Notes: generated by a model from the letters alone, not told the origin. DNA of 64,000 nt from Octopus sinensis (GCF_006345805.1 NC_043012.1:7006001-7070000); one strand, 5' to 3'; positions 27,087 to 40,568 are shown, numbered from the stretch's first letter. Numbers and translations: made by a program.

Positions 27087-27940
27087 CATATTGATGCATT
27101 CATGTGACATTCGTTCCGTTGTCTACATTGTAACGATGGAAATTTGTAAATTTGATTGAAATTAGATTTCTTTCTTCCAGGAAAACTCCGAGTAATTAAA
27201 ATGGAAAGAGAGCACACATGGTTCGCGATTATGAGGTATCGGACACCATCTCATTCAATCGTACGGTACTTTAAGTTGATCTAAGCTCAATGAGTAAAAT
27301 TCGTTAGATGGAAACTTGTGGAAGACTACCGAATGGACCGTGCCTATAACAGGGCACCTATCTTTGTCACACGCACCGTGTCAATTTACGTTGCGGGTGC
27401 AAAGGAACAGAGAAATCCTCAGCCTCTTTTATTGTAATCCAATCAGTAGTTTACCCCATTGTCGAAACCCAAAAGAAATCAGGCACACAATTACATATGT
27501 AAGTGTTTTCGTGTGCGTGTGCGCGCGCGCGCGTGCATGAACACCCGTGAATACAGCTGTTCATTTATGCATGTCTGCTTAAATGCACAACGTGAAAGCT
27601 TTATTAAGCTACTTTCTATTGAGTCATTCGCACTTTTCTATGTATTCGACGTCCGAGTGAATGAAGGGAGTGAGGGAGGAAGGGAGAGAGAGAGACGAAC
27701 GGAGATATTAATGTGTCTAATTCCACGTGAAGAAAGATGTGCTGAACTTTTTCGTCGCCATCATCACAAACCATCATCAAAGCTAGTTGTTTGTGGGATA
27801 AATATATTGTATTGAAGTTTTAATTACAGGTGAGTGAACAGCGAGGGAACGAACTGCACTAATTGGTCTTGAGGTAGTTGTCGATCTATTATTAAGTGAA
27901 GTACACTACGGAGGAGTTATTGTGGTAGTGGTGGCGGCTT

Positions 27941-27971
<31 letters not shown>

Positions 27972-28779
27972 AGTGGTTCTGATTGTGGCATATATTATGG
28001 TAGTTGTTCAGCACTGGTTCGGCAAACCGGCGATCAAAAGATGGCATTCCAGCAAAGACCACTTCAACTTTCTAAGTGTAGCTAGATTTTCAGTATTCAC
28101 AAAGTCACAAAGTGTGCTGTTTTTAAACTAGTCGTGTAATATAGTCAGGTCAAGGATCTCATCACAGGCTGATAAGGTCTGCTTCTGGTACCATGGAATC
28201 AAGCACTACTCGTTCCATTGTCGAGTGGTCAGCGACTAAAGAGCTTCCTGTCTTGAGTAGATTTCTGCTCTTGTGCGGAGTGTCTGGACAGCCAGCAGGA
28301 CTAAAACCAGAGGACTTAAACGAAGAACGGATGAGCTCCTTGTAGGCCAACGAAGATCCAATGAGGGGAGGCTATGGCAAGCTACCTCATAGGGATTTCT
28401 CTGCCAAGAAAACACTATGAGGAAGTCAGGATGGAGTAACGCTATGACTTCATCCGATGGAAGAACTCGCGTTGAATCGGGGAAGGCTTTCGTTGTAGTC
28501 ACCAACGCGCTGCAAAAAGCCTACGATACATTACGTCGACAAGTGTCATATATATCTTGTAAGAGATTTGACCGCTATAGTCATTATGTTCCTGGTCAGC
28601 CTTGATCGAACTGATTCTAAGTAAAGGCATTCCAATTTTTCTCTATTTTTATGATCGCATGCGCGCGCGCTCGTGTGTGTGGGTGTGAGTGCTTTAAAAC
28701 GATTTGGTTATTATTTCTAATATCGAGTGTGTGTGTATATATACATATATGTATGTATGTATATATGTATGTATGTATG

Positions 28780-28826
<47 letters not shown>

Positions 28827-28839
28827 ATATATATAAATA

Positions 28840-29420
28840 GGTGCAGGAGTGGCTGTGTGGTAAGTAGCTTGCTTCCAACCATATGGTTCCGGGTTCAGTC
28901 CCCACTGCGTGGCACTTTGGGCAACTGTCTTCTACTATAGCCACGAGCCGACCAAAGCCTTGTAAGTAGATTTGGTAGGCGGAAACTGAAAGAATCCCTT
29001 TGTATATATGTATAGGAGTGGCTGTGTGGTAAGAAGTTTCCTTCCCAACCACATGGTTCCGGGTTCAGTCCCACTGCGTAGAAACTTGGGCAAGTGTTTT
29101 CTACTATAGCTTCGGGCCGACCAAAGCCTTGAGAGTAGATTTGGTAGATGGAAACTGAAAGCACCCTCTCGTATGTATATATATATATATAGATAATATA
29201 TATATATATATATATATATCTATATATATATATATATATATTGTGTATGTGTCTGTGTTTGTCACCCCTCCATCGCTTGACCACAGATGGTGTGTTCACA
29301 TCCCCGTGACTTAGTGGTTCGGCAAAAGAGCGACAGAAAAAGTAATAAGCTTTAAAAGATTTTTCGGCTAAACGTAGTGCTCCAGCATGCCCGCAGTCAA
29401 ATGACTAAAACAAGTAAAAG
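28840..29420 (+). mobile_element. Two tandem SINE-A heads (28840, 29013) followed by one 3' half
   Basis: Duplicated GGAGTGGCTGTGTGGTAAG...GGAAACTGAAAG blocks, the second starting in the (TA)n of the first. Confidence 0.85.
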
Positions 29421-29600
29421 AAAAAAAGAAAATACGACTAACTTCCACAGTTTCCTCCTGCCAAATGCGCTCGCAAGGCGTTGGTCGGCTCGTGGCTATG
29501 TTAGAAGACGATGGGACCGAACCAGAAGCCACGCAGTTGCGAAGTGAGCTCCTTAACCAAAAAATCTCGACTTGCGCCTATCTACAAATGTTTAGGAGTA

Positions 29601-29903
29601 TTTGTTTGTTCCTTCTCGAGCCATGCTTGGCTCATAGGGCCAGTTTCCGGTTTCCTTGGCGTATAGGATCCCCACCTGGACGGGACGCCGGTCCATCGCA
29701 GGTGAGCTGCAAGATGCAATGGGAAAGAGTGAGAGAAAGTTGTTGCGAAAGAGTCAGTAGAAGTTCGCCATTACCTTCTGCCGGAACCGCGTGGAGCTTA
29801 GGTGTTTCGCTCATAAACACACACATCACCCAGTGTGAGATTCGAACCTGCGATCCCTCGACTTCGAGTCTGTTGCTCTAACCACTAGGCCATGTGCCTC
29901 CAC
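29601..29903 (-). mobile_element. tRNA-derived SINE family E with V-SINE-like body
   Basis: Minus head GGCACATGGCCTAGTGGTTAGAGC...GGTTCGAATC. Body CCTGCGATGGACCGGCGTCCCGTCCAGG...GGAAACCGG...GGCTCGAGAAGG, (AACA)n tail. Confidence 0.75.
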
Positions 29904-30824
29904 ATAGGAATATTTATGAACATAAAAAAATACAAAGAAAAAGGAATTAACCTATCCTTGAAGGCATAACTGTAAGTATTTTATTTCATTTACATATAAA
30001 TATTTCTGATGTGCGTTTCTTTAATGAAATCACAACCTAATGTACTGTATAAATTGTTTTCCCAAAATACCTGCGTCTCGAATATTCCAGAACAATCTGC
30101 AAAGTTGTTTTTATTTATTTATTTATTTATCTTATCGATACACCTGTGTCTTCCAGGATTCAACGCGTATCAGCTATTGGTCCTGCTTGGCGACATATTC
30201 TGTCTGACGTCATATATTTTAAGACCAATAGACGACAAAGGTCAGAGGCGGGACTACTACTACTGCTGCTGTTACGGCTGTTGCGGAAAACTCAATTGTC
30301 ATGTTTTGCCCGATGCCTCTCTGTCGACGACAATTTTGTGTTCTTTCAACCGTGAAAGCTTTACACCCCATCTCCCGTACATACATACACACATACATAC
30401 ATACATACATACATACATACATACATACATACATACATACATACATACATACATGCATGCATACATACATACATACATGCATGCATACATACATGCATAC
30501 ATACATACATACACACATACATGCATGCATACATACATACATACATACATACACACATACATGCATGCATGCATGCATGCATACATACATACATACATAC
30601 ATGCATGCATACATACACACATACATACATACATACATGCATGCATACATACATGCATACATACATACATACACACATACATACATGCATACATACATGC
30701 ATGCATACATACACACATACATGCATGCATACATACATACATACATACATACATACATACATACATACATACATACATACATACATACATGCATGCATAC
30801 ATATGTAATTGTAATTTATTACTC

Positions 30825-31236
30825 TCTCTTACTCTTTTACTTGTTTCAGTCATTTGACTGCGGCCATGCTGGAGCACCACGTTTAGTCGAGCAAACCGAC
30901 CCCAGGACTTATTCTTTGTAAGCCCAGTACTTATTCTATCGGTCTCTTTTGCCGAACCGCTAAGTTACGGGGACCTAAACACACCAGCATCGGTTGTCAA
31001 GCAATGTTAGGGGGACAAACACAGACACACAAACATACACACACATATATATATATATATACATACATATATACATCAGGCTTCTTTCAGTTTCCATCTA
31101 CCAAATCCACTCACAAGGCATTGGTCGGCCCGGGGCTATAGCAGAAGATACTTGCCCAAGATGCCACGCAGTAGGACTGAACCAGGAACCATGTGGTTGG
31201 TAAGCAAGCTACTTACCACACAACCACTCCTGCGCC
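30825..31236 (-). mobile_element. SINE-A, full length
   Basis: Reverse complement of the family A consensus blocks. Confidence 0.9.
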
Positions 31237-31330
31237 TATTGTTAACTCCATCCCTCCTCGGTGGAAGATTTATAATAATTGATAAATAGAAGAGACATAC
31301 ATACATATATCTACATAAAAAAACTTAAAC

Positions 31331-31645
31331 CGGTACTCCGTCGTTTGCGACGATGTTCCAGTTAATCTGATTAACGGAACAGCCGGCTCGTGTTATTAAC
31401 GTACGAGTGGTTGAATACTCCACAGACACGCGTACGCTTAACGTAGTTCTCGGGGAGATTTAGCGTGACACAGAAGGTCACAAGGCTGACCCTCTCAAGA
31501 CAGGTAAAACTCACTTTTGCCTGCTGAATGCAATGGGGCAACTTGAAATAAAGAGTCTTGCTGAAGGACACGTCGCGTCGCCGGTATTCGAACTCACGAC
31601 TTTACGATCGTGAGGTGAATACCCTAACCACTGAGCCACACGCCT
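31331..31645 (-). mobile_element. SINE family C
   Basis: Same blocks as 23221-23538. Confidence 0.85.
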
Positions 31646-32172
31646 TTAAACACACACACACATACACGCACGCACACACACACAGAGGCATACATATATA
31701 CATACATACACACATACATACACACGCATACATACATACACACACATACATAAACACACACATCCATACATACACGCATGCACACATACACATACACACA
31801 CATACATACACACATACATACGTACATACACATACATACATACACACACATACATACATACGTACGTACGTAAGTTCATACATACATACATACACACATA
31901 CACATACATAAATACGTTCATACATACATACATACATACATACACATACATACATACATACATAAATACATACATACATACACACATATACATAAACACA
32001 CACATACATACAAACACGCATGCACACATACACACATACATACACATATACATACACACACACACATACACACACATACACACACGTACATACGTACGTT
32101 CATACATACATACATACACACATACACATACATACATTTTTACTCACATAAATACATACATACATACATACA

Positions 32173-32204
<32 letters not shown>

Positions 32205-32633
32205 CATACATACATACATACATAGGGTGCTGTTCCGTTTCTGGGTGGGAGGAGCAAGACACAAAATTGACACCATCCAGCGAAAGAATAAATGTCATCA
32301 TATAGCCAGTGATTGTTGTGGGACGGAAGAGGAATGGCGGAAATCTTACCCAAGCCGGAGACAAACCTGAATACTTTGCTGCAGAGTGGACGAGGCGAAA
32401 GTTACCCGAAGTATTTTGCGATGGTGTTGAACCAGATGATGGTTAAGTACACCACGTGAGTTGGCCGCAGCGGAATTTGATCTCAGGATACAAAGAGCGG
32501 AACAAATACCGCAAGGATTCCGGTCTGAAGATTCTTACAACCGTAATCCTAACCTTAAGCCACCAATCCGCCATGTTGGATTTTAAATTTTCAACTATGA
32601 AAGGACGAGTAAAGGAGTGTAAGGCAAACCAGT

Positions 32634-32872
32634 GAGGGCGCGTGGCTTAGTGGTTAGGGCATTCGGCTCATGATCGTAAGGTTGTGAGTTCGATTCCCGG
32701 CGACGCGTTGTGTCCTTGAGCAAGACACTTTATTTCACGTTGCTCCAGTCCGCTCAGCTGGCAAAAATGAGTTGTACTTGTATTTCAAAGGCTCAGCTTG
32801 TCACTCTCTGTGTCACGCTGATTATCCCCGAGAACTACGTTAAGGGTACACGTGTCTGTGGAATGCTCAGCC
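32634..32872 (+). mobile_element. SINE family C running into the assembly gap
   Basis: GGCGCGTGGCTTAGTGGTTAGGGCATTCGGCTC...GTGAGTTCGATTCCC head with A and B boxes. Confidence 0.9.
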
Positions 32873-32972
32873 NNNNNNNNNNNNNNNNNNNNNNNNNNNN
32901 NNNNNNNNNNNNNNNNNNNNNNNNNNNNNNNNNNNNNNNNNNNNNNNNNNNNNNNNNNNNNNNNNNNNNNNN
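32873..32972. other. Assembly gap (100 N placeholder)
   Basis: Exactly 100 N; true size and contiguity are unknown. Confidence 1.
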
Positions 32973-33589
32973 ATCGTGAAACCCCGGACGACAACTTGGT
33001 CACGTGTCATGCATGCTCACAAAGGAACCACTGAGAGCCTGTTTCGACTGGGAGCCAAAGCAGACCTGTCAACACCTGGCCGAGGACTGGCGAGAGGGGA
33101 TTTGGCAGATATGGGCCCTGCCTAGAGCACGTGCACTACAGACGGTGAGTGCATGTGGCACGCGTTATGCAAATGCATTTGTTATGCAAATGTGTTGCAC
33201 GTGGTGTATCTATGTTACGGAAAATTGAAAATGTATTTTGTCGACATTTCATCAAAGGACGAATGACTTTTAAACTCGATGACGGCCTCCACTTCCGCTG
33301 CATATAGTTTGCATTAGTGTTTTTAGAGCCATATCATCATCATCATCATCATCATTATTAACGGCTGTATTTATATTTTCCTTCTTTTTCATTAACTGAT
33401 AGATACACATAGTTATCGATATACAACCCGTTGAATGGATAGCTGGCTACTTCGATAGAAAAACAGACAGACAGACAGACAGACAGGCAGACACACAGAC
33501 AGACAGATAGACAGATAGATAGATAACCATAGACGAACTGAAAGAATGAAACAGTTAAGAAATAACTTATGTCACTTGCTGTTAGAGAC

Positions 33590-33870
33590 GGAGACGGAAG
33601 TTTGGCGGAAGCATCAGAGACTTGCCGGATTCGTTCTGTATCTATAATTTCCGAGTTCAATTCACAAAAATACCAACTTTAATTTTCATCATTCTGGGGG
33701 TCGATAAAATTGTCTCAGACAAATATTGGCTTCAAATTTGCTGGCACAAGGCGCTGGAAGAGGCTATTCCATTGCGTTGACCCCTGGTGCTCGAATTTGG
33801 ACTCAGAACGTTGCGGTAGACGAAATATCGCTAAGCATTTCGCCCGGTGCGCTAACGATTCTGCCTTGTA
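33590..33870 (+). mobile_element. Degraded SINE-B fragments in mixed orientation
   Basis: GAGTTCAATTC...GGGGGTCGATAAA on plus, then GGACTCAGAACG...GAAATATCGCTAAGCATTTCGCCCGG on minus. Confidence 0.55.
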
Positions 33871-33889
33871 GTCATTCAAATATGGACGG

Positions 33890-33924
<35 letters not shown>

Positions 33925-34071
33925 GTAACTGATACTGATCTACGCCAACATAAAACCCGTTGCACAAATCCATATCCAAGCGTGCCGGTCCCTAACGACA
34001 GATGATGAAGTAAGACGCCAACTGGAGTACGCTGTCATATGAACGTTATGTATCTGTAACACATCACTGCC

Positions 34072-34111
<40 letters not shown>

Positions 34112-34113
34112 TG

Positions 34114-34145
<32 letters not shown>

Positions 34146-34521
34146 TGCACACACACTTTCCCTAACACGCGGACCCTCATTAATAAGTGATAACGCAGAA
34201 AAAACGAACAAGAAAAACAGTGAAAATATACAAATGAATAAATAAATGAATAAATAAATAAATAAAAAGGAGTGGCGGCGGATAACATGAAAAGACGAAT
34301 AAGCCGGATCAAGAGAGACAGAATAGGCGAATAAATAAACGAACGAATACAAGAAAGAACGAGCGATAAATATAATGGACGAATGTATGAATGAAAGAAT
34401 ACAAGCTTAGAGAATTCCATTTAAGCTTACAATTATAAAGATACATATATATCATATATCTATATATATATATATATATATATATAATTATATATATAGA
34501 TAGATAGATAGATAGATAGAT

Positions 34522-34564
<43 letters not shown>

Positions 34565-34651
34565 TCCATTATATCTATGTTTACACAATATCTGTTAATG
34601 GGTGTTGAATGGCAAATATATATATAATGCATATATATATATATACATACA

Positions 34652-35020
34652 GGCGCAGGCGTGACTGTGATAAGAAGCTTGCTTACCAACCACATGGTCC
34701 CGGGTTCAATCCCACTGCCTAGCACCTTGGGTAAGTGTCTTATACTATAGCTCCGGGCCGACCAAAGCCTTCTGAGTGGATTTGGTAGACTGAAAGAAGC
34801 CCGTCGTATATATATATATAAAGAGAGAGAGATATATAAAATAGTTCTTATCACAGTTGTGGGAGGGGGGGATTAAGATAAATATATGGATGTGTGGTAA
34901 GAAGATTACTTCACAACCATGTGGTCTTCGGTTCAGTCCCACAGCGTCACACATTGGGCAAGTGCCGTCCAAAGACCTCTCAGCGGATTTGGTAGACGAA
35001 AACTGAAATACATCCGTTAC
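34652..35020 (+). mobile_element. Two SINE-A 5' halves
   Basis: Family A heads at 34652 and ~34885. Confidence 0.8.
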
Positions 35021-35092
35021 ACACACACACACACACATACACACATACACACACGTATATATATATACATACACACACATATATATATACAT

Positions 35093-35131
<39 letters not shown>

Positions 35132-35423
35132 CACACACACACATATATATAAATATATATATGTATATATACGTGTGTGTGTGTGTACATGTCACAGCAA
35201 TCGCTCGACGCCTACTTGCAGCCGTCAGTGGTTGCACATTTCACTTTACAGAGCAACAAAAGGCGGCGCCGGGTGTAGGCAGATGAAATGTTAGGTTGTG
35301 GCATTTCTATATTTGTCACAACGTTAGAAAACGGTTCCAAGTTGAAATAGAAACCGGATTGCTGCTTCAGACATTCCCATACACGGATGCACACAGAGAC
35401 ACACATATGCATTCCTATACATG

Positions 35424-35646
35424 AGCTGGCAGAAACGTTAGCATGCCGGGCGAAATGCGTAACCGTATTTCGTCTGCCGTTACGTTCTGAGTTCAAATTC
35501 CGCCGAGGTCGACTTTGCCTTTCATCCTTTCGGGATCGATAAATAAAGTACCAGTTTCGCACTGGGGTCGATGTAATCGACTTAATTCCTTTGTCTGTCC
35601 TTGTTTGTCCCCTCTATGTTTAGCCCCTTGTGGGCAATAAAGAAAT
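35424..35646 (+). mobile_element. SINE-B, full length
   Basis: Near-identical to 600-829. Confidence 0.9.
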
Positions 35647-35743
35647 ATATACATACATTACTTTACATACATACATATATACATACAGACAGACAGACAG
35701 GCAGACAGACAGACGGACAGACAGACAGACAGACATATTATCC

Positions 35744-36340
35744 ATGTGGGGTGCTGAAAAGTTCCTGGCTTTGGGTAAAAGAAAATATGGAGTATCAGTT
35801 AATTATAATTTTATAAAACAGCTTCACATAGCAGCCCCGACCCATCCAAAGTATCTTGGATCGCAGGACGGCCTGCTGTGCTTGAGGAGACCTATTCAGT
35901 CAAGTACATCAACATCAAAATAAAAATCAAATGGAAATTGTAGTTGCGATACCCGTGCCGATGGCATGTAAAAAGCACCAACCAATCGTGGCCGTTGCAA
36001 GCCTCCCCTGGCACCTGTGCCGTTGGCACGTAAAAAGCACCCACTAAACTCACGGTGTGGTTGGCGTTAGGAAGGGCATCCAGCTGTAGAAACACTGCCC
36101 GATTAGACTGGAGCCTGGTGCAGCCTCCTGGCTTTCCACACCACGGTCGAACCGTCCAACCTATGCTAGCATAGAAAACAGACGTTAAACGATGATGATG
36201 ATTCCCCTCTGAGATTCACACACTTATCACAGCGGTCCTTCAGTTTTTCTAACCACTATAATTTTTTCTAAGCTCGGAAGTTTGGATCTCCAGCCAGGCC
36301 TTTCGCGACACCCTTAAAGCTAGGAACTCTTCAGTACTGA
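35744..36340 (-). mobile_element. Second copy of the same mariner MITE, split by a nested retroposon
   Basis: 35744-35820 and 36201-36340 match the reverse complement of 10211-10416 and join seamlessly when 35821-36200 is removed. Confidence 0.75.
35821..36200 (+). mobile_element. RTE-tailed SINE or RTE 3' end with (GAT)n tail
   Basis: GGCACGTAAAAAGCACCCAC...GGCGTTAGGAAGGGCATCCAGCTGTAGAAAC...ATGCTAGCATAGAAAACAGACGTTAAACGATGATGATG. Confidence 0.75.
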
Positions 36341-36459
36341 GGGATCGATAATGTAGATTGAGATACGAGATATTCGATCATCACCTACAAGTAGCTTTCA
36401 ATGTTAACCCCACCTTTCCTCACACTCTGTCATGTAAATGCGTGCAAAACTATGTTGTG

Positions 36460-36493
<34 letters not shown>

Positions 36494-36549
36494 GTTATGA
36501 ATATATATATATGAATATATATATATGTGTGTGTATATATATGGCTGTG

Positions 36550-36825
36550 TGATGAAAGGCAAAGTCGACTTCGGTGGAATTTGAACTCACAACGTAAAGA
36601 CAGACAAAATACCTACTTCTATTTCTTTACTACCCACAAGGGGCTAAACACAGAGAGGACAAACAAGGACAAACAAACGGATTAAGTCGAGTAAATCGAC
36701 CCCAGTGCGTAACTGGTACTTATTTAATCGACCCCGAAAGGATGAAAGGTAAAGCCGACCTCGGCGGAATTTGAATTCAGAACGTAGCGGCAGACGAAAT
36801 ACTGCTAAACATTTCTGTCAGCTCG
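36550..36825 (-). mobile_element. Dimeric SINE-B, second copy (truncated)
   Basis: Same junction as 6232-6642: tail AAAGAAATA then GGTATTTTGTCTG. Confidence 0.75.
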
Positions 36826-36879
36826 AATAATACACCCACACCACAACACACTCACAGATATATATATATATATATATAT

Positions 36880-37166
36880 AAGTTACCCTCAGAGGCACAA
36901 GTCCGGGCAAGGTTGTTTTTGGAAGGTCAGCAGTCGCTCATGCATACCAGCCTCCCCTCTCCACACCACTGATGTTATTCAAGGGAAAGGCAAAGGGGTC
37001 GATACAGCTTGGCACCAGTGATGGCGCAACTCATTTCTATAGCTGGATGAACTGGAGCAACGTGAAATAAAGTGTCTTGCTCAAGAACACAACACGCAGC
37101 CCGGTCCGGGAATCGAACTCACAACCTCACGATCGTAAGCTCGACGCTCTAGCCACTGAGCCATGT
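36880..37166 (-). mobile_element. SINE family D
   Basis: Colinear with 19462-19803. Confidence 0.85.
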
Positions 37167-37403
37167 GTATGAGTATGTGTGTGTGCATGGTTTGCAATGT
37201 ATGATGGATTCTGTTTTGTGAGCATGAAACAATTAGCCACACGCCGTGCGTTTATATGTGTACGTGTCCGTGCAAATATATATGCGGTTTCTGTCTGTCA
37301 TTGTCATGCCAGGTCTATACGACTGAAAAGAACTCATTCATGATTCTACAAAAGCAGACGACCCAAATATACGTTTGTGTGTGTGTGGTGTGTGTGTGTG
37401 TGT

Positions 37404-37436
<33 letters not shown>

Positions 37437-37684
37437 ATAGACTTGTCCGTGAAATTAAATTATAAAAATACGGTCGTTAAAATCAGTGGAAAATGGATTG
37501 ACAAGGTTAAATAAACAAGGAAATGATAAAAAAAAAGCACAGTCTACCATATGTCTGTGAATATCTGTGTGTGTGTGGGTGTGTACATGAGTTGCGTGTG
37601 TGCTTCTATGTGCGCCATCTTGTACTTATGTATATGTATGTATATGTAACTTTGCTCGTGTATGTGATGTGTAGTATTCTTTTC

Positions 37685-38080
37685 TACTCTAGGCACCAAA
37701 GCCTGAAATTTCTGGGGAGGGGGCAGTTGATTAGATCGACCCCAGTAAGGAAACTGGTAATTAATTTATTGACCCCGAAAGGATGAAAGGCAAACTCGAC
37801 CTCGTTGCAATTTGAACTCAGAACGTAGCGGCAGACGAAATACCGCTAAGTATTTCGCCCGGCGTGCTAACGTTTCTGCCAGTTCGCCGCCATGTGTGTG
37901 TGTAATATCAATAGGCAGATGCTACTAGAACACTGAAGTTGCAGTTCATTATCCCTATGTTTTGAGTTCAAATCTTATCTTTGCTTTTCCTCTTTGTATT
38001 TTTAATCAGTTTCTTCGGAATCGACAATAAAAGTCAGATAATACACATGGAGTGAATCCATCATCTCCATGCATTCCACT

Positions 38081-38115
<35 letters not shown>

Positions 38116-39230
38116 GAAACGCCACTCCCCGAATGGATAAAATGTAAAGATGCCATGGGCGGGATTTGAACTCAGAATGTAAACAACCAGAACGAATGTC
38201 GCAACGCATTTCCTATTTTCGCCGCTCTAATGACTCCGCCAATTTGCTGCCCTTTGTATATTGATAAATATCCTTTCTACAATGGACACAAGGCGTAAAA
38301 CTATGGAGAGAAGGGGCCAGTTGATTGCAACGATCCCAATACTAAACTGGTATGTTCTATATCGACTCCGAAAAGACAAAAGACAGTCTCAACCTCGGAG
38401 GAATTTGAACCCAGAGCGTGGAGACGGATGAAATGCTGCTAAGTTGTTTGTCCGGCGTGTTAACGAAGCTGTCAGCTCGCCGCCTTTGTACATCCATAAA
38501 TATTTTTAAAATCCACAAGTGTGAATCTATGTGGTATGTATGAATGCATATAGGCACAGGTGTTTGCATGTGCGCATGAGCGTGTATGTGTTAGAGAGAG
38601 AGAGGGGGAGAAAGAGAGAGAGCGTGAGAATGCGTGTGCGTATGTGCTTGTGTTTCAATCAGTTAAGAGTTGGGATGTATCTATTTCAGATGAGACAACT
38701 TTTATCTATTCTACCCGTAGCACCGGACCCTATATACTTCACTCTTCTTTCCAGATTGAATTTTCCATTTAGTTTCAAATCTAGTGTTCGAATATTGGCG
38801 TCAAATTTTGGCACAGGGCCATCAATTTCGTAGAAGGGACTATATCGATTGCATCTACCCCAGTGCTCCACTGGTACTCATTTTATCGGCCCCGAGAGGA
38901 TGAAAGGCAAAGTAGATCTCGGCGGAATTTGAACTAAGAACGTAAGGACAACCGCTAAGCATTTTATCTGGTATGCCAGCTCGCTGCATTAAGAATAATC
39001 TTTCTTACTGGAGGCAAAAGGCCTCAGATTTGCAGGGAGGGGACTAGTCGATTACATCGACTAGTACTTACTTTATCGACCCCATAAAGATGGAAGGCAA
39101 ATTTGACCACAGCAGAATTTGAACTCAGAACGTATAGACGGGCGAAATACCGCTAAGTATTTCGTCCAGCGTGCTAACGATTCTGCCAGCTCGCTGGATT
39201 ATTATTATTATTATTAATAATAATAATAAT

Positions 39231-39281
<51 letters not shown>

Positions 39282-39490
39282 CCTTTCAGCTGAAGGCACA
39301 AGGTCTTAAATTTGTAGGAAAGGGAGCAGTCGATTACATCGATCCTTGATTACATCGCCCCCAGTACTCAACTGGTACTTATTTTAACAGTCACGAAATC
39401 AAGAAAGGCGGCATTTGGACACAGAGCGCGAAAAAGGACGAAATGCCGCCAACATTTAGAGCGGTGGTCGAACGATTCTGCCAGCGTATG
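37685..39490 (-). mobile_element. Cluster of co-oriented SINE-B copies of varying decay
   Basis: Repeated ATCGACCCC/GAAAGGATGAAAGGC/TTGAACTCAGAACG/GCCAGCTCGC blocks at ~37685, 38150, 38280, 38800, 39000 and 39290, with (AAT)n spacers. Confidence 0.8.
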
Positions 39491-39590
39491 TGCATGCATG
39501 TGTTAACGTGTGTGTTTCTTGTGAGTTTACAAGAAAATAACAGGGTATATTTATATTGATTACACACACACACACACACACGCACACAAA

Positions 39591-39807
39591 TGTTATGAAA
39601 TGGAGTAGATAAGATCCAGCAACATATGTTTCATAGCGAGCGGAACCTCGGAAGTGGTAAATATCCAAGCGAGGTGTATACCGCAGGTTACTCTTCAAGC
39701 CAAGGATATCTTGATTAAATGTGAGTTTATATTGCCGCAAGGAGGTACATGGTAACACATGGAAGATTCAGTTAGAATGTCGGATCTTATCTACTCCATT
39801 CTGTAAC
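39591..39807. mobile_element. Unclassified MITE-like element
   Basis: Perfect 19-bp inverted repeat AATGGAGTAGATAAGATCC (39599-39617) / GGATCTTATCTACTCCATT (39782-39800), extending imperfectly to ~27 bp. Confidence 0.55.
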
Positions 39808-40031
39808 TCTTGTATTCTTATTCGCACACCTGGCAACCTTAGTCGCCTACTGTGAAATATGAAAGGAACTTTTTCCAGTTTATCGAACTTCGATATGAAA
39901 AAAAATTCACAACCTTCCGTTTCAATAAACCACAATTATCCCTGGAAGTTTTTTCCTTTTATTTTTACTACGGATTGTTTGAAGCTGACTTTCTTCCTTC
40001 ACCTCGACCTTGGATCTTATATATATATATA

Positions 40032-40433
40032 AGGAGTGGCTGTGTGGTAAGTAGCTTGCTAACCAACCACATGGTTTCGGGTTCAGTCCCACTGCGTGGC
40101 ATCTTGGGCAAGTGTCTTCTGCTATAGCCCCGGGCCGACCAATGCCTTGTGAGTGGATTTGGTAGACGGAAACTGAAAGAAGCCTGTCGTATATATGTAT
40201 ATATATGTATATGTGTGTGTGTGTTTGTGTGTCTGTGTTTGTCCCCCTAGCATTGCTTGACAACCGATGCTGGTGTGTTTACGTCCCCGTCACTTAGCGG
40301 TTCGGCAAAAGAGACCGATAGAATAAGTACTGGGCTTACAAAGAATAAGTTCCGGGGTCGATTTACTCGACTAAAGGCGGTGCTCTAGCATGGCCGCAGT
40401 CAAATGACTGAAACAAGTAAAAGAGTAAAAGAG

Positions 40434-40434
<1 letters not shown>
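40032..40434 (+). mobile_element. tRNA-derived SINE family A, full length
   Basis: GGAGTGGCTGTGTGGTAAG head, GGGTTCAGTCCC B-box, TTGGGCAAGTGTCTTC core, internal (TA)n(TG)n, 3' half ending GAAACAAGTAAAAGAGTAAAAGAG. Confidence 0.9.
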
Positions 40435-40472
<38 letters not shown>

Positions 40473-40500
40473 TATATATATATATATATACAGATATATA

Positions 40501-40532
<32 letters not shown>

Positions 40533-40533
40533 G

Positions 40534-40568
<35 letters not shown>

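Noticed and set aside
27165-27240. Plus-strand acceptor TTTCTTTCTTCCAG and a donor CAG|GTGAGT near 27829
   Set aside because: Isolated splice-like motifs without a credible coding frame; expected by chance.
30009-30921. Multiple 150-280 aa HTYI/MYVC ORFs (similar ones at 14.7, 16, 24.5, 31.6, 56.3 and 57.7 kb)
   Set aside because: Translations of CATA, CA and GATA microsatellites.
32634-32705. tRNA gene-like sequences (also the heads at ~19735-19803, 29835-29903, 31580-31645)
   Set aside because: They have A and B boxes but continue into SINE bodies and lack a complete cloverleaf. These are SINE heads.
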